A stretch of DNA of 64,000 bases, from contig CAXXJU010000031.1 in NCBI GenBank assembly GCA_963668145.2, positions 55,989-119,988 of the forward strand, given 5' to 3'. A model generated the notes under the pieces. It had not been told where the DNA came from and did no database searches. It saw nothing but the letters and a program-made list of their open reading frames with translations. Position numbers and translations under genes: made by a program. This DNA is from Geopsychrobacteraceae bacterium (lineage in GTDB: Bacteria; Desulfobacterota; Desulfuromonadia; Desulfuromonadales; Geopsychrobacteraceae). Below are positions 40,993 to 49,823 of the stretch, piece by piece (the stretch's first letter is position 1; every line of letters begins with the position of its first letter).

Positions 40993-42384
40993 GTGAATTA
41001 TGATCTGCTGTTTGCTGGTGGGGACAAAAAAACTGTAGAAATAGCCATTATCGGAGTTCAGGGATTTAACCATTCGCTGTTTGTATACGGGTCCAAAAAT
41101 AACAGGGTTTCGATCCGTGTCCTGTGTGGAAGGAATACGCAAAAGTGTGTTGACGCTTACCTGTCCATCGGTATTGACGAACAGAGTATTATCCATTGCA
41201 CCTCGCCGTCAGAGGGGCTAGATGCTTTTTCTGCCGGCAAATATCTGGTTTTCAACGATGTCTCTCTGGCTATGCAGATGCCCATTGATCTCGTTGTGGA
41301 AGGAACCGGCAATACCGAGGCCTCGGCCCGCTATATTCTGGCCGCTATTGAGCACGGCAAACACGCCATCATGGTCACCAAAGAGTCCGATTCCGTAGTT
41401 GGTCCGTTGTTGGCCAGGAAAGCCCGCGATAAAGGCGTGATCTACTCACTGGCCGAAGGAGACCAGCCGGCTCTGCTCATCGGTCTGGTCTCTTGGGCCC
41501 GAACCGCCGGTCTTGAGATCGTCAGTGTCGGTAAGGCCAGTGAGTACGATTTCATTTACGACCCTGCGGATGAGACCGTGCGGGTCCTCGACCAAAAAAT
41601 CAAAGTGGATGGCTTCGCCGAGGTCTGGTCGCTTGGTGACGATGTGGCCGGAACTGTTGCCAGGCGCAGTGAATTGCTTGCCGAATTCAGCCAGCGGGCC
41701 ATCCCGGATCTGGCAGAGATGGCCATTGTATGTAATCATCTGGCTGGCATCCATCCTGATATCGAGGAGTTCCATTACCCGGTCGCCCGTACGGTTGAGG
41801 TTCCTGATCTGATGTGTCCGCAAACAATGGGTGGCCTGTTTGCCGGGGACTCTCGTATCGATGTCTATAACTGCCTGCGTCGTCCCGATGAGCAGAGTAT
41901 GGAGGGAGGGGTCTATGTGGTGGTTGCCTGCAATGATGAAGAAACCTGGCAGGTATTGCTGGAGAAGGGTGTGCCGTTAAGCCGCAACGGGAAGACTGCC
42001 CTGATCTATTATCCGGCCCATTATCTGGGGTTCGAAACCCTGTTCAGTGTGCTTTCCGTGGGCCTGCTCGGGTTGCCGACCAGTTCAACCAACCCTGAGC
42101 CTCGCTACGATGTGGTTGCACGGGCCGCCGTCCCGCTGTCCCGGGGCTCACGTCTGGAAGCAAAAGGGCACCATCATGTTATCAATGGCCTTGAAGGCGT
42201 CCTCTTGCCAGCGCAAAAGGTTTCCCATAATACCCAGCTCCCCTATTATCTCGCAGACGGCTCAGTTCTGACCTGCGATGTCAAACCCGGAGAGTTGATC
42301 ACCGCGGCAATGCTTGAAAAGCCTGCGGACTCAATTCTTTGGAGCTTGCGAGTGGAACAGGATGAAGTGTTTTTGAGCGCATAG
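40993..42384 (+). CDS. Homoserine dehydrogenase-like oxidoreductase with a C-terminal SAF domain (COG4091-like)
   Basis: VVEGTG, KESDSVVGPLL, AEGDQP, GKASEYDF and a C-terminal SAF region (YYLADGSVLTCDVKPGELIT). GTG start after AGGAGG. Confidence 0.82.
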   Translation: MNYDLLFAGGDKKTVEIAIIGVQGFNHSLFVYGSKNNRVSIRVLCGRNTQKCVDAYLSIGIDEQSIIHCTSPSEGLDAFSAGKYLVFNDVSLAMQMPIDLVVEGTGNTEASARYILAAIEHGKHAIMVTKESDSVVGPLLARKARDKGVIYSLAEGDQPALLIGLVSWARTAGLEIVSVGKASEYDFIYDPADETVRVLDQKIKVDGFAEVWSLGDDVAGTVARRSELLAEFSQRAIPDLAEMAIVCNHLAGIHPDIEEFHYPVARTVEVPDLMCPQTMGGLFAGDSRIDVYNCLRRPDEQSMEGGVYVVVACNDEETWQVLLEKGVPLSRNGKTALIYYPAHYLGFETLFSVLSVGLLGLPTSSTNPEPRYDVVARAAVPLSRGSRLEAKGHHHVINGLEGVLLPAQKVSHNTQLPYYLADGSVLTCDVKPGELITAAMLEKPADSILWSLRVEQDEVFLSA

Positions 42385-42552
42385 GATTAAACCAGTTCGG
42401 TGACTCTTTTGCCTATGGCACACCTAGGTCTTGCCAAGCAGAAGAGCGTTTATTGATGATTTCGGAGAGAATGATATGCCTGACTGCGGGTCGCGGCGGT
42501 TTAGCAAGGCCGCCTGGCTACCCCCACTTTCTGCCAAGAAAAGGAGATGAAA

Positions 42553-43521
42553 ATGAGGAAAACGGTAATCCTGATTGTTGCATTGACATTTTTCGTGGGC
42601 GGCGTTTGTGTTCAAAATGGCTTTTCTGCAGATTATCCCCAAAAGACGGTTGAATTCGTGGTCCCTGCCAGTGCTGGCGGGGGGAGTGATACCCTGGCCC
42701 GGTTAATTCTGGATATCATTCAAAAAAATAACCTGGTCGATGGAACCATCGTGGTCGTCAATAAACCGGGGGGAGCAAGTGCCGCCGGTCATGCCTATAT
42801 CCAGGGCTCCCGCAACGGTGATCATATCATCTTCACTATGAATGCAGCCCATGCTCTGGCTGCCCGCTCCAATCCGGCAATCGATAGCGAGGCTTTTACC
42901 CCGATTGCCAACCTGGCCATGGATAATGTGCTGTTGGTTGCCAAAGCTGATGGCCCTTATAAGACCTTTGCAGAGGCGTTGCAGGCGATAAAGGCCAATC
43001 CGCAGAGTATTTCCGTGGGGGTTGCGGACAACCTTGATAAGCTGTGCGTGGCACAGGTGAACTCGGAAACCGGCAGCGAATTCTCAGATGTCTATTTTGA
43101 TGGGGCGGGTGAAATCGCAACCGCTCTGTTGGGCGGACACATTCAACTGGGTATTTTTAATCCCAACGAATGCCTTGGCCATATCAAGGCTGGAACCATG
43201 ATCCCGTTGGCGACCTTTTCAACAGAGCGCCTGGCCGCCCCTCTTGCTGAGGTGCCGACCTTTAAAGAATTAGGCTTTTCCGGAATTGAATTTCAGATGT
43301 TCCGTTCCATTATGGGCGGGAAGGGGATGTCACCTGAAGTTCAGAAATACTGGAGCGATGTCATAGAAAAGGTCGTGGCCACCGATCAATGGAACGAAAA
43401 TTATATCCAAAAGAAGGGACTGGAAGCCAAGTTTATGCCGGCGGCACAATATGCGCCCTATCATCATAAAACCGCGGAGCGGCTCTACCAGGCTGGTAAA
43501 AAGATCGGTATGTTCGAGTAA
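42553..43521 (+). CDS. tctC: Tripartite tricarboxylate transporter substrate-binding protein
   Basis: YPQKTVEFVVPASAGGGSDTLAR, VVNKPGG and VPTFKELG motifs. Confidence 0.9.
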   Translation: MRKTVILIVALTFFVGGVCVQNGFSADYPQKTVEFVVPASAGGGSDTLARLILDIIQKNNLVDGTIVVVNKPGGASAAGHAYIQGSRNGDHIIFTMNAAHALAARSNPAIDSEAFTPIANLAMDNVLLVAKADGPYKTFAEALQAIKANPQSISVGVADNLDKLCVAQVNSETGSEFSDVYFDGAGEIATALLGGHIQLGIFNPNECLGHIKAGTMIPLATFSTERLAAPLAEVPTFKELGFSGIEFQMFRSIMGGKGMSPEVQKYWSDVIEKVVATDQWNENYIQKKGLEAKFMPAAQYAPYHHKTAERLYQAGKKIGMFE

Positions 43522-43612
43522 CCTTTGATCCTTCCGGCAGGGGAGTCCGCTTGCCTGAATGCGGACGTCCCTGCCGCGATCATTTGCTCTTTTCGGCAGG
43601 AGAAGGAATGTA

Positions 43613-44044
43613 ATGGAGTTTGTCATTGCTGGTGGCAGTATTCTGGTGGCGCTGTTCTGGATACAGCAGGGATGGTTTCGGTATGGTTTCTGGATCAAGG
43701 GAACTCCCGGCGGCGGGTTTCTTCCGGTTATCTTTGGTCTGATCGTGTTGATCTCTTCCATCGTCGTTATGCTGAAAGCTCGAAAAGCTCCTTCCCGTTC
43801 CGTTGCCATATCCCGCTCATCCTTTATCCCGATCGGGTTTGCCGTGATCGGGATTGGACTGATCCAGATATTCGGAATATCCGTCGCCGTATTCGCATTT
43901 ACCTTGGTCTGGATGAAATTTCTGAGTCGTTATTCATGGCTCAAGTCAATTTTTGTCAGTGTTGTTTTTACCGGGTTCATTTATGGAATATTTCGCCTGT
44001 GGCTTCAGGTTCCGTTCCCTCCCGGGATCTTTTCTTCATTGTAA
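43613..44044 (+). CDS. tctB: Tripartite tricarboxylate transporter small permease
   Basis: PGGGFLPV, four TM segments and LQVPFPPG. Confidence 0.85.
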   Translation: MEFVIAGGSILVALFWIQQGWFRYGFWIKGTPGGGFLPVIFGLIVLISSIVVMLKARKAPSRSVAISRSSFIPIGFAVIGIGLIQIFGISVAVFAFTLVWMKFLSRYSWLKSIFVSVVFTGFIYGIFRLWLQVPFPPGIFSSL

Positions 44045-44056
44045 TGGAGGGCTGTT

Positions 44057-45565
44057 GTGAATAACTTTCATTTGCTTATGCAGGGTTTTGATACGGCGTT
44101 GTCTCTCTCCAACCTGTCGGTTGCCGTGATCGGGGCTTTTCTCGGTCTGATCGTCGGGGCCATGCCGGGGATCGGCGCGGTAACAGGGGTTTCTCTGCTG
44201 CTGCCACTGACCTTCAAAATGAACCCGACCACGGCAATTATCATGCTGGCCGCCATTTACTACGGCAATATGTACGGAGGCGCCTATAGCGCGACCCTGC
44301 TGAATATCCCCGGGGATTCGCCGGCGGTCATGACGGCCCTTGACGGTTATCCGTTAAGCCGCAAAGGCAAAGCCGGCAAAGCCCTGTTTACAGGAAACAT
44401 TGCGTCGTTTTTTGGTGGAACGGTCGGGATTATCGCCCTGACGATTTTCGGTCCAATGCTGGCTCAAATCGGCCTGAAATTTGGCCCGGCTGAGATCACC
44501 GCCCTTATTTTCCTGGCCCTGACTTCGATCGGCTGGCTGCTGGGGGACGATCCGCTGAAAGGCGTTGTGGCTTCCAGTCTCGGGATCCTGGTATCCACTA
44601 TCGGTATGGATTTGATGGCTGCCGGAACTCCGCGTTTTACCTTTGGCAGCATCGATCTACTCAGTGGTATCTCCTTTATTCCGCTGGTTATCGGGATGTT
44701 TGGCATGAGTCAGGTCATGGAACTGATGTCCGGCGGCGAAAGCGATTCGCTGACGACTGGCCGCAGACTGACAATTAGGGAAAGCATTCTGGATTGGGGT
44801 GAGATCAAGCGAATCTCTTTGCCGACCCTGAAAAGCTCTCTGCTAGGAAATTTTGTCGGTTTTCTGCCTGGCGCAGGAGGGACGACAGGTTCTTTTCTTG
44901 CCTATGTGCTGGAAAAGAAAACCGGTCGTAATCGAGGGGAAATGGGGCATGGTGCAATCGAAGGGGTGGCTGCATCTGAGTCTGCCAATAATGCTGCCGC
45001 AGTCGGCGCTTTCGCTCCGCTTTTGTCCCTGGGAATTCCCGGTTCGGCAACCTCTGCGGTGCTGCTGGGTGGGCTGATGATGTGGGGATTGCAGCCCGGT
45101 CCGCTGTTGTTCAGTGAACAGCCCGATTTTGTCTGGGGCCTGATCGGCTCAATGTATATCGGTAATGTGGTCTGCGTTATCGCCGGACTGATCATCATAC
45201 CGTTTCTCATGTCAATCCTCAGGATTCCACGCGGCATCATCGCGCCGATGATTGTTATGATCTGTATTGTCGGTGCGTATTCTGTCAATAACAATATGTT
45301 TGATGTCTGGTTTATGATCGGAGCCGGAGCGGTGGCTTTTGTCATGAACAGGTATGGTTATCCGATTGCCCCCATTCTTCTTGCCTTTGTTCTGGCTCCA
45401 CGTTTTGAACAGTCGATCCGCCGGGCATTCTCTATTTCTCACGGCAGTGTCGATATTTTCCTGAAGAGCCCGATTGCGTCTTTTTTGCTGGTATTGACGC
45501 TGTTTTTCGTTCTGGCGCCAGTTGTTCACAGGTTTGTTCAGAAACGTAAGGCTAAACGTTCCTAA
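44057..45565 (+). CDS. tctA: Tripartite tricarboxylate transporter large permease
   Basis: GAMPGIG, YYGNMYGG, NIPGD, ESANNA and LGIPGS motifs. Confidence 0.93.
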   Translation: MNNFHLLMQGFDTALSLSNLSVAVIGAFLGLIVGAMPGIGAVTGVSLLLPLTFKMNPTTAIIMLAAIYYGNMYGGAYSATLLNIPGDSPAVMTALDGYPLSRKGKAGKALFTGNIASFFGGTVGIIALTIFGPMLAQIGLKFGPAEITALIFLALTSIGWLLGDDPLKGVVASSLGILVSTIGMDLMAAGTPRFTFGSIDLLSGISFIPLVIGMFGMSQVMELMSGGESDSLTTGRRLTIRESILDWGEIKRISLPTLKSSLLGNFVGFLPGAGGTTGSFLAYVLEKKTGRNRGEMGHGAIEGVAASESANNAAAVGAFAPLLSLGIPGSATSAVLLGGLMMWGLQPGPLLFSEQPDFVWGLIGSMYIGNVVCVIAGLIIIPFLMSILRIPRGIIAPMIVMICIVGAYSVNNNMFDVWFMIGAGAVAFVMNRYGYPIAPILLAFVLAPRFEQSIRRAFSISHGSVDIFLKSPIASFLLVLTLFFVLAPVVHRFVQKRKAKRS

Positions 45566-45596
45566 CGCGGCCGGAAAGAAACGGGAGGTAGACATC

Positions 45597-46856
45597 ATGT
45601 GGAAGTTAGGGGTCATCGCAGATGATTTTACAGGCGCAACGGATATTGCCGGGTTTCTGGCCGCCAATGGTGTGGCAACCATTCAGGTGAACGGGATTCC
45701 CATGGAAGATTTCGAAGCCGAGGCCGGCGCCTTTGTCGTTAGCTTGAAATCCAGGTCATGCGCCAGCAGCCTGGCGGTCAAGGAGTCGCTGAAGGCCTTG
45801 GACTGGCTCAAAACAAAGGGTTGCTCGCAGATTTTCTTTAAATACTGTTCAACCTTTGACAGTACGCCGGAAGGGAATATCGGACCGGTGACCGATGCTC
45901 TATTGCAGGCACTGGGCGAAAATATCACAATTATTTGCCCTGCCTTGCCGGTCAACGGCCGCACTCTTTACCAAGGCTACCTGTTTGTCTATGACGAACT
46001 CCTGAATGAGTCCGGGATGAAGAATCACCCCCTCAACCCGATGACCGACGCCAAAATCGCCCGGGTCATGGAAGCTCAGGCGCAGGGACGGGCCTGTAAC
46101 CTGTATGCTGATCTTATCGATAAGGGACCTGACGTCCTGCGCCAGGCGATTTGGAAAGCCCGGACAGAGGGGTTTCGTTATGTCGTTGTTGATACGCTCA
46201 GTGACGACCATCTTGATATTATAGCCAGGGCCTGTCGTGATCTGCCGCTGGTCACCGGCGGTTCAGGGCTGGCCGCCAGCCTGGCAAAGCTGGCAGGAGA
46301 TGGGGGCGGAACCGTTGAAGCGGCCATTGCGACGGGCAGACCTCGGAAAAATCCCGGAGTGGTTTTTTCCGGTTCCTGTTCCACGGCCACCAACCGGCAG
46401 GTTCAGCAGTATCGGCAAAAAGCAGCCTCCCATTATCTAAACGCTGAGCGATGTCTTGATGACCCGGATTATATAGAAGGTTTGTTCGACTGGACTGTGA
46501 CCCATCTGGAAGATTCTTATGCCCCGTTATTGTATGCGACCACCGATCCCGGCGAACTGGACAAAATAAAAGCTTCTCATCCAGGGCAGAACATTGGCCT
46601 GGCGATTGAGAAAGTCTTTGGATCTCTGGCTCTCAAGCTCAAGAATGCCGGAGTGAAAAATTTTATTGTTGCCGGAGGAGAAACGTCCGGGATGGTTGTG
46701 CAGCGCCTGGGCCTGAGCGGATTTCATGTCGGTCCGCAGATCGATCCGGGAGTTCCCTGGGTCAAAGCCGTTGGCCAGCCGATTTACCTGGCCTTGAAGT
46801 CGGGGAATTTCGGATCGGATGATTTTTTTGCCAAAGCACAGGAAGAGCTGGAATGA
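45597..46856 (+). CDS. otnK: 3-oxo-tetronate kinase (DUF1537 four-carbon acid sugar kinase)
   Basis: LGVIADDFTGATD, LKSRS, FKYCSTFDSTPEGNIGPV, AGGETSG and LKSGNFG motifs. Confidence 0.88.
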   Translation: MWKLGVIADDFTGATDIAGFLAANGVATIQVNGIPMEDFEAEAGAFVVSLKSRSCASSLAVKESLKALDWLKTKGCSQIFFKYCSTFDSTPEGNIGPVTDALLQALGENITIICPALPVNGRTLYQGYLFVYDELLNESGMKNHPLNPMTDAKIARVMEAQAQGRACNLYADLIDKGPDVLRQAIWKARTEGFRYVVVDTLSDDHLDIIARACRDLPLVTGGSGLAASLAKLAGDGGGTVEAAIATGRPRKNPGVVFSGSCSTATNRQVQQYRQKAASHYLNAERCLDDPDYIEGLFDWTVTHLEDSYAPLLYATTDPGELDKIKASHPGQNIGLAIEKVFGSLALKLKNAGVKNFIVAGGETSGMVVQRLGLSGFHVGPQIDPGVPWVKAVGQPIYLALKSGNFGSDDFFAKAQEELE

Positions 46857-47479
46857 CAGAAACAGAACTGCGTCAAGCATTGGTTGAGTTCGGCCGGTCC
46901 CTGTTTATGCGTGGGTATGCTGCCGGAGGTGCCGGGAATGTCTCCGTGCGACTTGATGAACAACGGATCCTGGCAACTCCTTCAGGCTCCTGCCTGGGCC
47001 GGCTCAATGAGGAAACGCTCTCTGTCGTGGATTTTTCAGGGAGCCTGCTCTCCGGGGCTAAAGCCTCAAAAGAGGTGATGTTCCATCTGGCTTTATATCA
47101 GGGCGACCCTTCCTGCGGCAGCGTTGTTCATCTGCATTCGACCTGGACGACCCTGCTCTCCTGCCGGGCGGATCTTGATCCTGAACAGGTCATTCGTCCC
47201 TGCACTCCTTATTTTGTGATGAAGGTCGGCAAGGTTCAGGTCATTCCTTATTATCCGCCAGGGGATCTCCGCATAGCCGCGGCCCTGGCCGAATGGGCCG
47301 GGCAGCGGAGTGCCTTTTTATTGCAGAACCACGGCCCCGTCGTGGTCGGTCCAACCCTGGCCGCAGCCGTTGACCTGATGGAGGAATTTGAAGAGAGCGC
47401 TCGCCTGGATTATCTGTTGCGGGGGAGGGATGTCCGCTTCTTGACAGCAGAGGAGATATCACATCTTGAACAACGCTGA
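46853..47479 (+). CDS. otnC: 3-oxo-tetronate 4-phosphate decarboxylase (class II aldolase family)
   Basis: GGAGNVS, TPSGSCLG, VHLHS, TPYFVMKVG and LQNHG. Overlaps the otnK stop. Confidence 0.85.
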   Translation: MTETELRQALVEFGRSLFMRGYAAGGAGNVSVRLDEQRILATPSGSCLGRLNEETLSVVDFSGSLLSGAKASKEVMFHLALYQGDPSCGSVVHLHSTWTTLLSCRADLDPEQVIRPCTPYFVMKVGKVQVIPYYPPGDLRIAAALAEWAGQRSAFLLQNHGPVVVGPTLAAAVDLMEEFEESARLDYLLRGRDVRFLTAEEISHLEQR

Positions 47480-47518
47480 TTCCCTTAAAAGATCTGATTT
47501 ATGCGTTGACACTATTTT

Positions 47519-47914
47519 TTATGTTTGACCGTCGGAGGCCTGATTTATGATCGCTGTCCCCTTGCTGTTGACAATAATTTCCATTATTTCTCTGACGAAT
47601 GCGCATTCACAAAATGCATCGCATCTGGCTAAATTTTTTTCGTCGATACAGTATCGAGGGCATTCTTCCGAGAAGGCTTTGTTTTCTTTATAAATTGGAC
47701 CAGAATAAAGTTTTCGAAAATCTTCAATCATTATTGTCATTGTAGAATGGCAAGGCTCTATTTTATGGGTAAAGAAAAACATTCCGTATTCAAGGTCTTT
47801 AAAGTCGGCTTTATAGCCGTTTAATTCCAGACTTGGGTCGGAGACAAAATCTTCCATTGTTTTCCATTTTTTTGAACAGGCAGGGCAGGTTTTGAATATT
47901 TGTTCAACTTTCAT
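47519..47914 (-). CDS. Cys-rich hypothetical protein (AT-rich gene)
   Basis: CPAC, HKIEPCHST and ECPRYC..RCDAFCEC. AGGAG RBS before MKVEQ. Confidence 0.7.
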   Translation of the reverse strand: MKVEQIFKTCPACSKKWKTMEDFVSDPSLELNGYKADFKDLEYGMFFFTHKIEPCHSTMTIMIEDFRKLYSGPIYKENKAFSEECPRYCIDEKNLARCDAFCECAFVREIMEIIVNSKGTAIINQASDGQT

Positions 47915-47954
47915 GCTGTCCCTCCTTTCCATTTAGCCTTGCCTTTTATAGACA

Positions 47955-48129
47955 GTTTTCATCCAGAGGCGGTTTTTTTCGTTGTAGCAGAGTCAATCTG
48001 CGAACTTACTTGTACGGCGTACCGGTCTACGCCTCTGCGCAAGCCATCGATTTTTTTACAACAACGGAAAACTGCTAATTTTCAATTTGAAAACTGAACT
48101 ATTGCCATCAGGAGTTTCCGGATGGCAAG
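47955..48129. mobile_element. 175-bp MITE-like unit, same family as 17696-17871
   Basis: Colinear similarity along its whole length (GTCAATCTGC, CTTGT.CGGCGTA, GCGCAAGCC, TTTTCAAT.TGAAAACT). Right end is GTTTCCGGATGGCAAG. Confidence 0.75.
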
Positions 48130-48215
48130 CAACGACTTCGAAAACCGAACAAGCCGATTGTCTCTTGATTTTCCAATGTATTCTTGTCTCTGTGGGTAAA
48201 GTCGTACCTAGATCC

Positions 48216-49739
48216 CTACATGACCGCGCCAAGTCGCCAGGGAATGAATTCGGAATCACCGTAATCGAGCAGTTCACTCTTGGTTCTGGTGCCGGAGGCT
48301 ACGCTCAGGATCTGGCGGAAGATCTGTTCGCCGATCTCGGCCAGGGTGACTCCGGAGTCAATCATCACGCCGCAGTTGATGTCCATGTCTTCTTCCATCA
48401 GCTGATAGGTCCGGCTGTTCGAGCAGAGCTTGATGGACGGGGAGGGTTTGCAGCCGTACGCTGAGCCGGCCCCGGTGGTGAAGCAGATGATGTTGGCACC
48501 ACTGGCCACCTCGCCGGTGATGGAGCAGGGGTCATAGCCCGGACTGTCCATCAGCACCAGGCCGCTGGCGGTAATCGGCTCGGCATAGTGGTAGACATCG
48601 ACCAGGTCCGAAGTGCCCCCCTTGGAAACCGCCCCCAGGGACTTTTCCAAAATCGTGGTGAGCCCGCCGGCTTTATTGCCGGGTGACGGGTTGTTGTTCA
48701 TTTCCCCGCCACTGCGCCGGACGTAATCTTCCCACCAGTGAATCCGCTCAATCAGCTTTTCTGCGACCTGGGGAGTGACTGCGCGGCGGGTCAGAAGATG
48801 TTCGGCGCCATAGATTTCCGAGGTCTCGGCGAGGATCGCGGTGCCGCCGTGCTTGACGATCAGATCGGAGGCCGCACCCAGGGCCGGGTTGGCGGTGATC
48901 CCGGAATAAGCATCGGAGCCGCCGCATTGCAGGGCCACCTTGAGATGACTGGCCGAGACCTCCTGGCGACTGATGGCATTGGCCTGGGGCAGCATCGCCT
49001 GAATGCATTCAATCCCCGCGGCAATGGCCTTACTGGTTCCGCCCTGGGTCTGAATGGTGAGTTGTTGGATCATCGCGCTGGTGGATTGCTGGCCAAGAAT
49101 GTCCTTGATCTGAAACACCTCGCAGCCAAGGCCGACCAGGAGAATCCCGGCAAAATTTGGATGATGCAGGTAGCCCCGCAGGGTGCGCATCAGCGTGTCA
49201 TAGCCTTCGCCGCTGTTGGCTATGGCGCAGCCGGTGGTGTGCACCAGGGGTACGATGCCGTCGATGTTGGGATAGTCTGCCAGGGCCGCGGCATTGAAAT
49301 GGGCGGCTATGCGGCGGCAGACCGTTGCCGAGCAATTGACCGTGGATAAAATGCCGATGTAGTTGCGGGTGGCAACCCGGCCGTCGGCCCGCACGATGCC
49401 TTGAAAGGTGGCCCGTTCCTGTTCCGGGAGAATGGGCAGCTGGCGGCGGTCGGAACCGATGGCGTAATCACGCTGAAAATCGTGAACTTCGCAATTGTGA
49501 ACATGAACATGGGCACCGGCGGCGATCTCGCCCTTGGCAAAGCCGATAACCTGACTGTACTTGTAAATGGGTGCTGCGGCAGCAATGGTTCTGGTCGCCA
49601 CTTTGTGGCCGGCCGGTATCTCTTCGCTGCAGGTGATCTTTTCCGCCGCAATGGTGGTTCCGGCCGGCAATCTGTCGGTTGCAACCACAACATTGTCGTC
49701 AGCATGCAGGCGAATAACTTGGGGTTTTGTCATGGTCAT
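48216..49739 (-). CDS. UxaA/GarD-family sugar-acid dehydratase with an N-terminal SAF domain
   Basis: IPAGHKVA, HVHVHN, TVNCSATV, GLGCE, LQCGGSD, PSPGNKAGGLTTILEKSLG and FTTG motifs. Confidence 0.92.
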   Translation of the reverse strand: MTMTKPQVIRLHADDNVVVATDRLPAGTTIAAEKITCSEEIPAGHKVATRTIAAAAPIYKYSQVIGFAKGEIAAGAHVHVHNCEVHDFQRDYAIGSDRRQLPILPEQERATFQGIVRADGRVATRNYIGILSTVNCSATVCRRIAAHFNAAALADYPNIDGIVPLVHTTGCAIANSGEGYDTLMRTLRGYLHHPNFAGILLVGLGCEVFQIKDILGQQSTSAMIQQLTIQTQGGTSKAIAAGIECIQAMLPQANAISRQEVSASHLKVALQCGGSDAYSGITANPALGAASDLIVKHGGTAILAETSEIYGAEHLLTRRAVTPQVAEKLIERIHWWEDYVRRSGGEMNNNPSPGNKAGGLTTILEKSLGAVSKGGTSDLVDVYHYAEPITASGLVLMDSPGYDPCSITGEVASGANIICFTTGAGSAYGCKPSPSIKLCSNSRTYQLMEEDMDINCGVMIDSGVTLAEIGEQIFRQILSVASGTRTKSELLDYGDSEFIPWRLGAVM

Positions 49740-49823
49740 CCTTTGTCACTGGTCACTGGTCATTTGTAATCCGTCATTTGTAACGGGCTCTCTTTATTTA
49801 TAGCACTCTTTGGCTCCTGAAGT

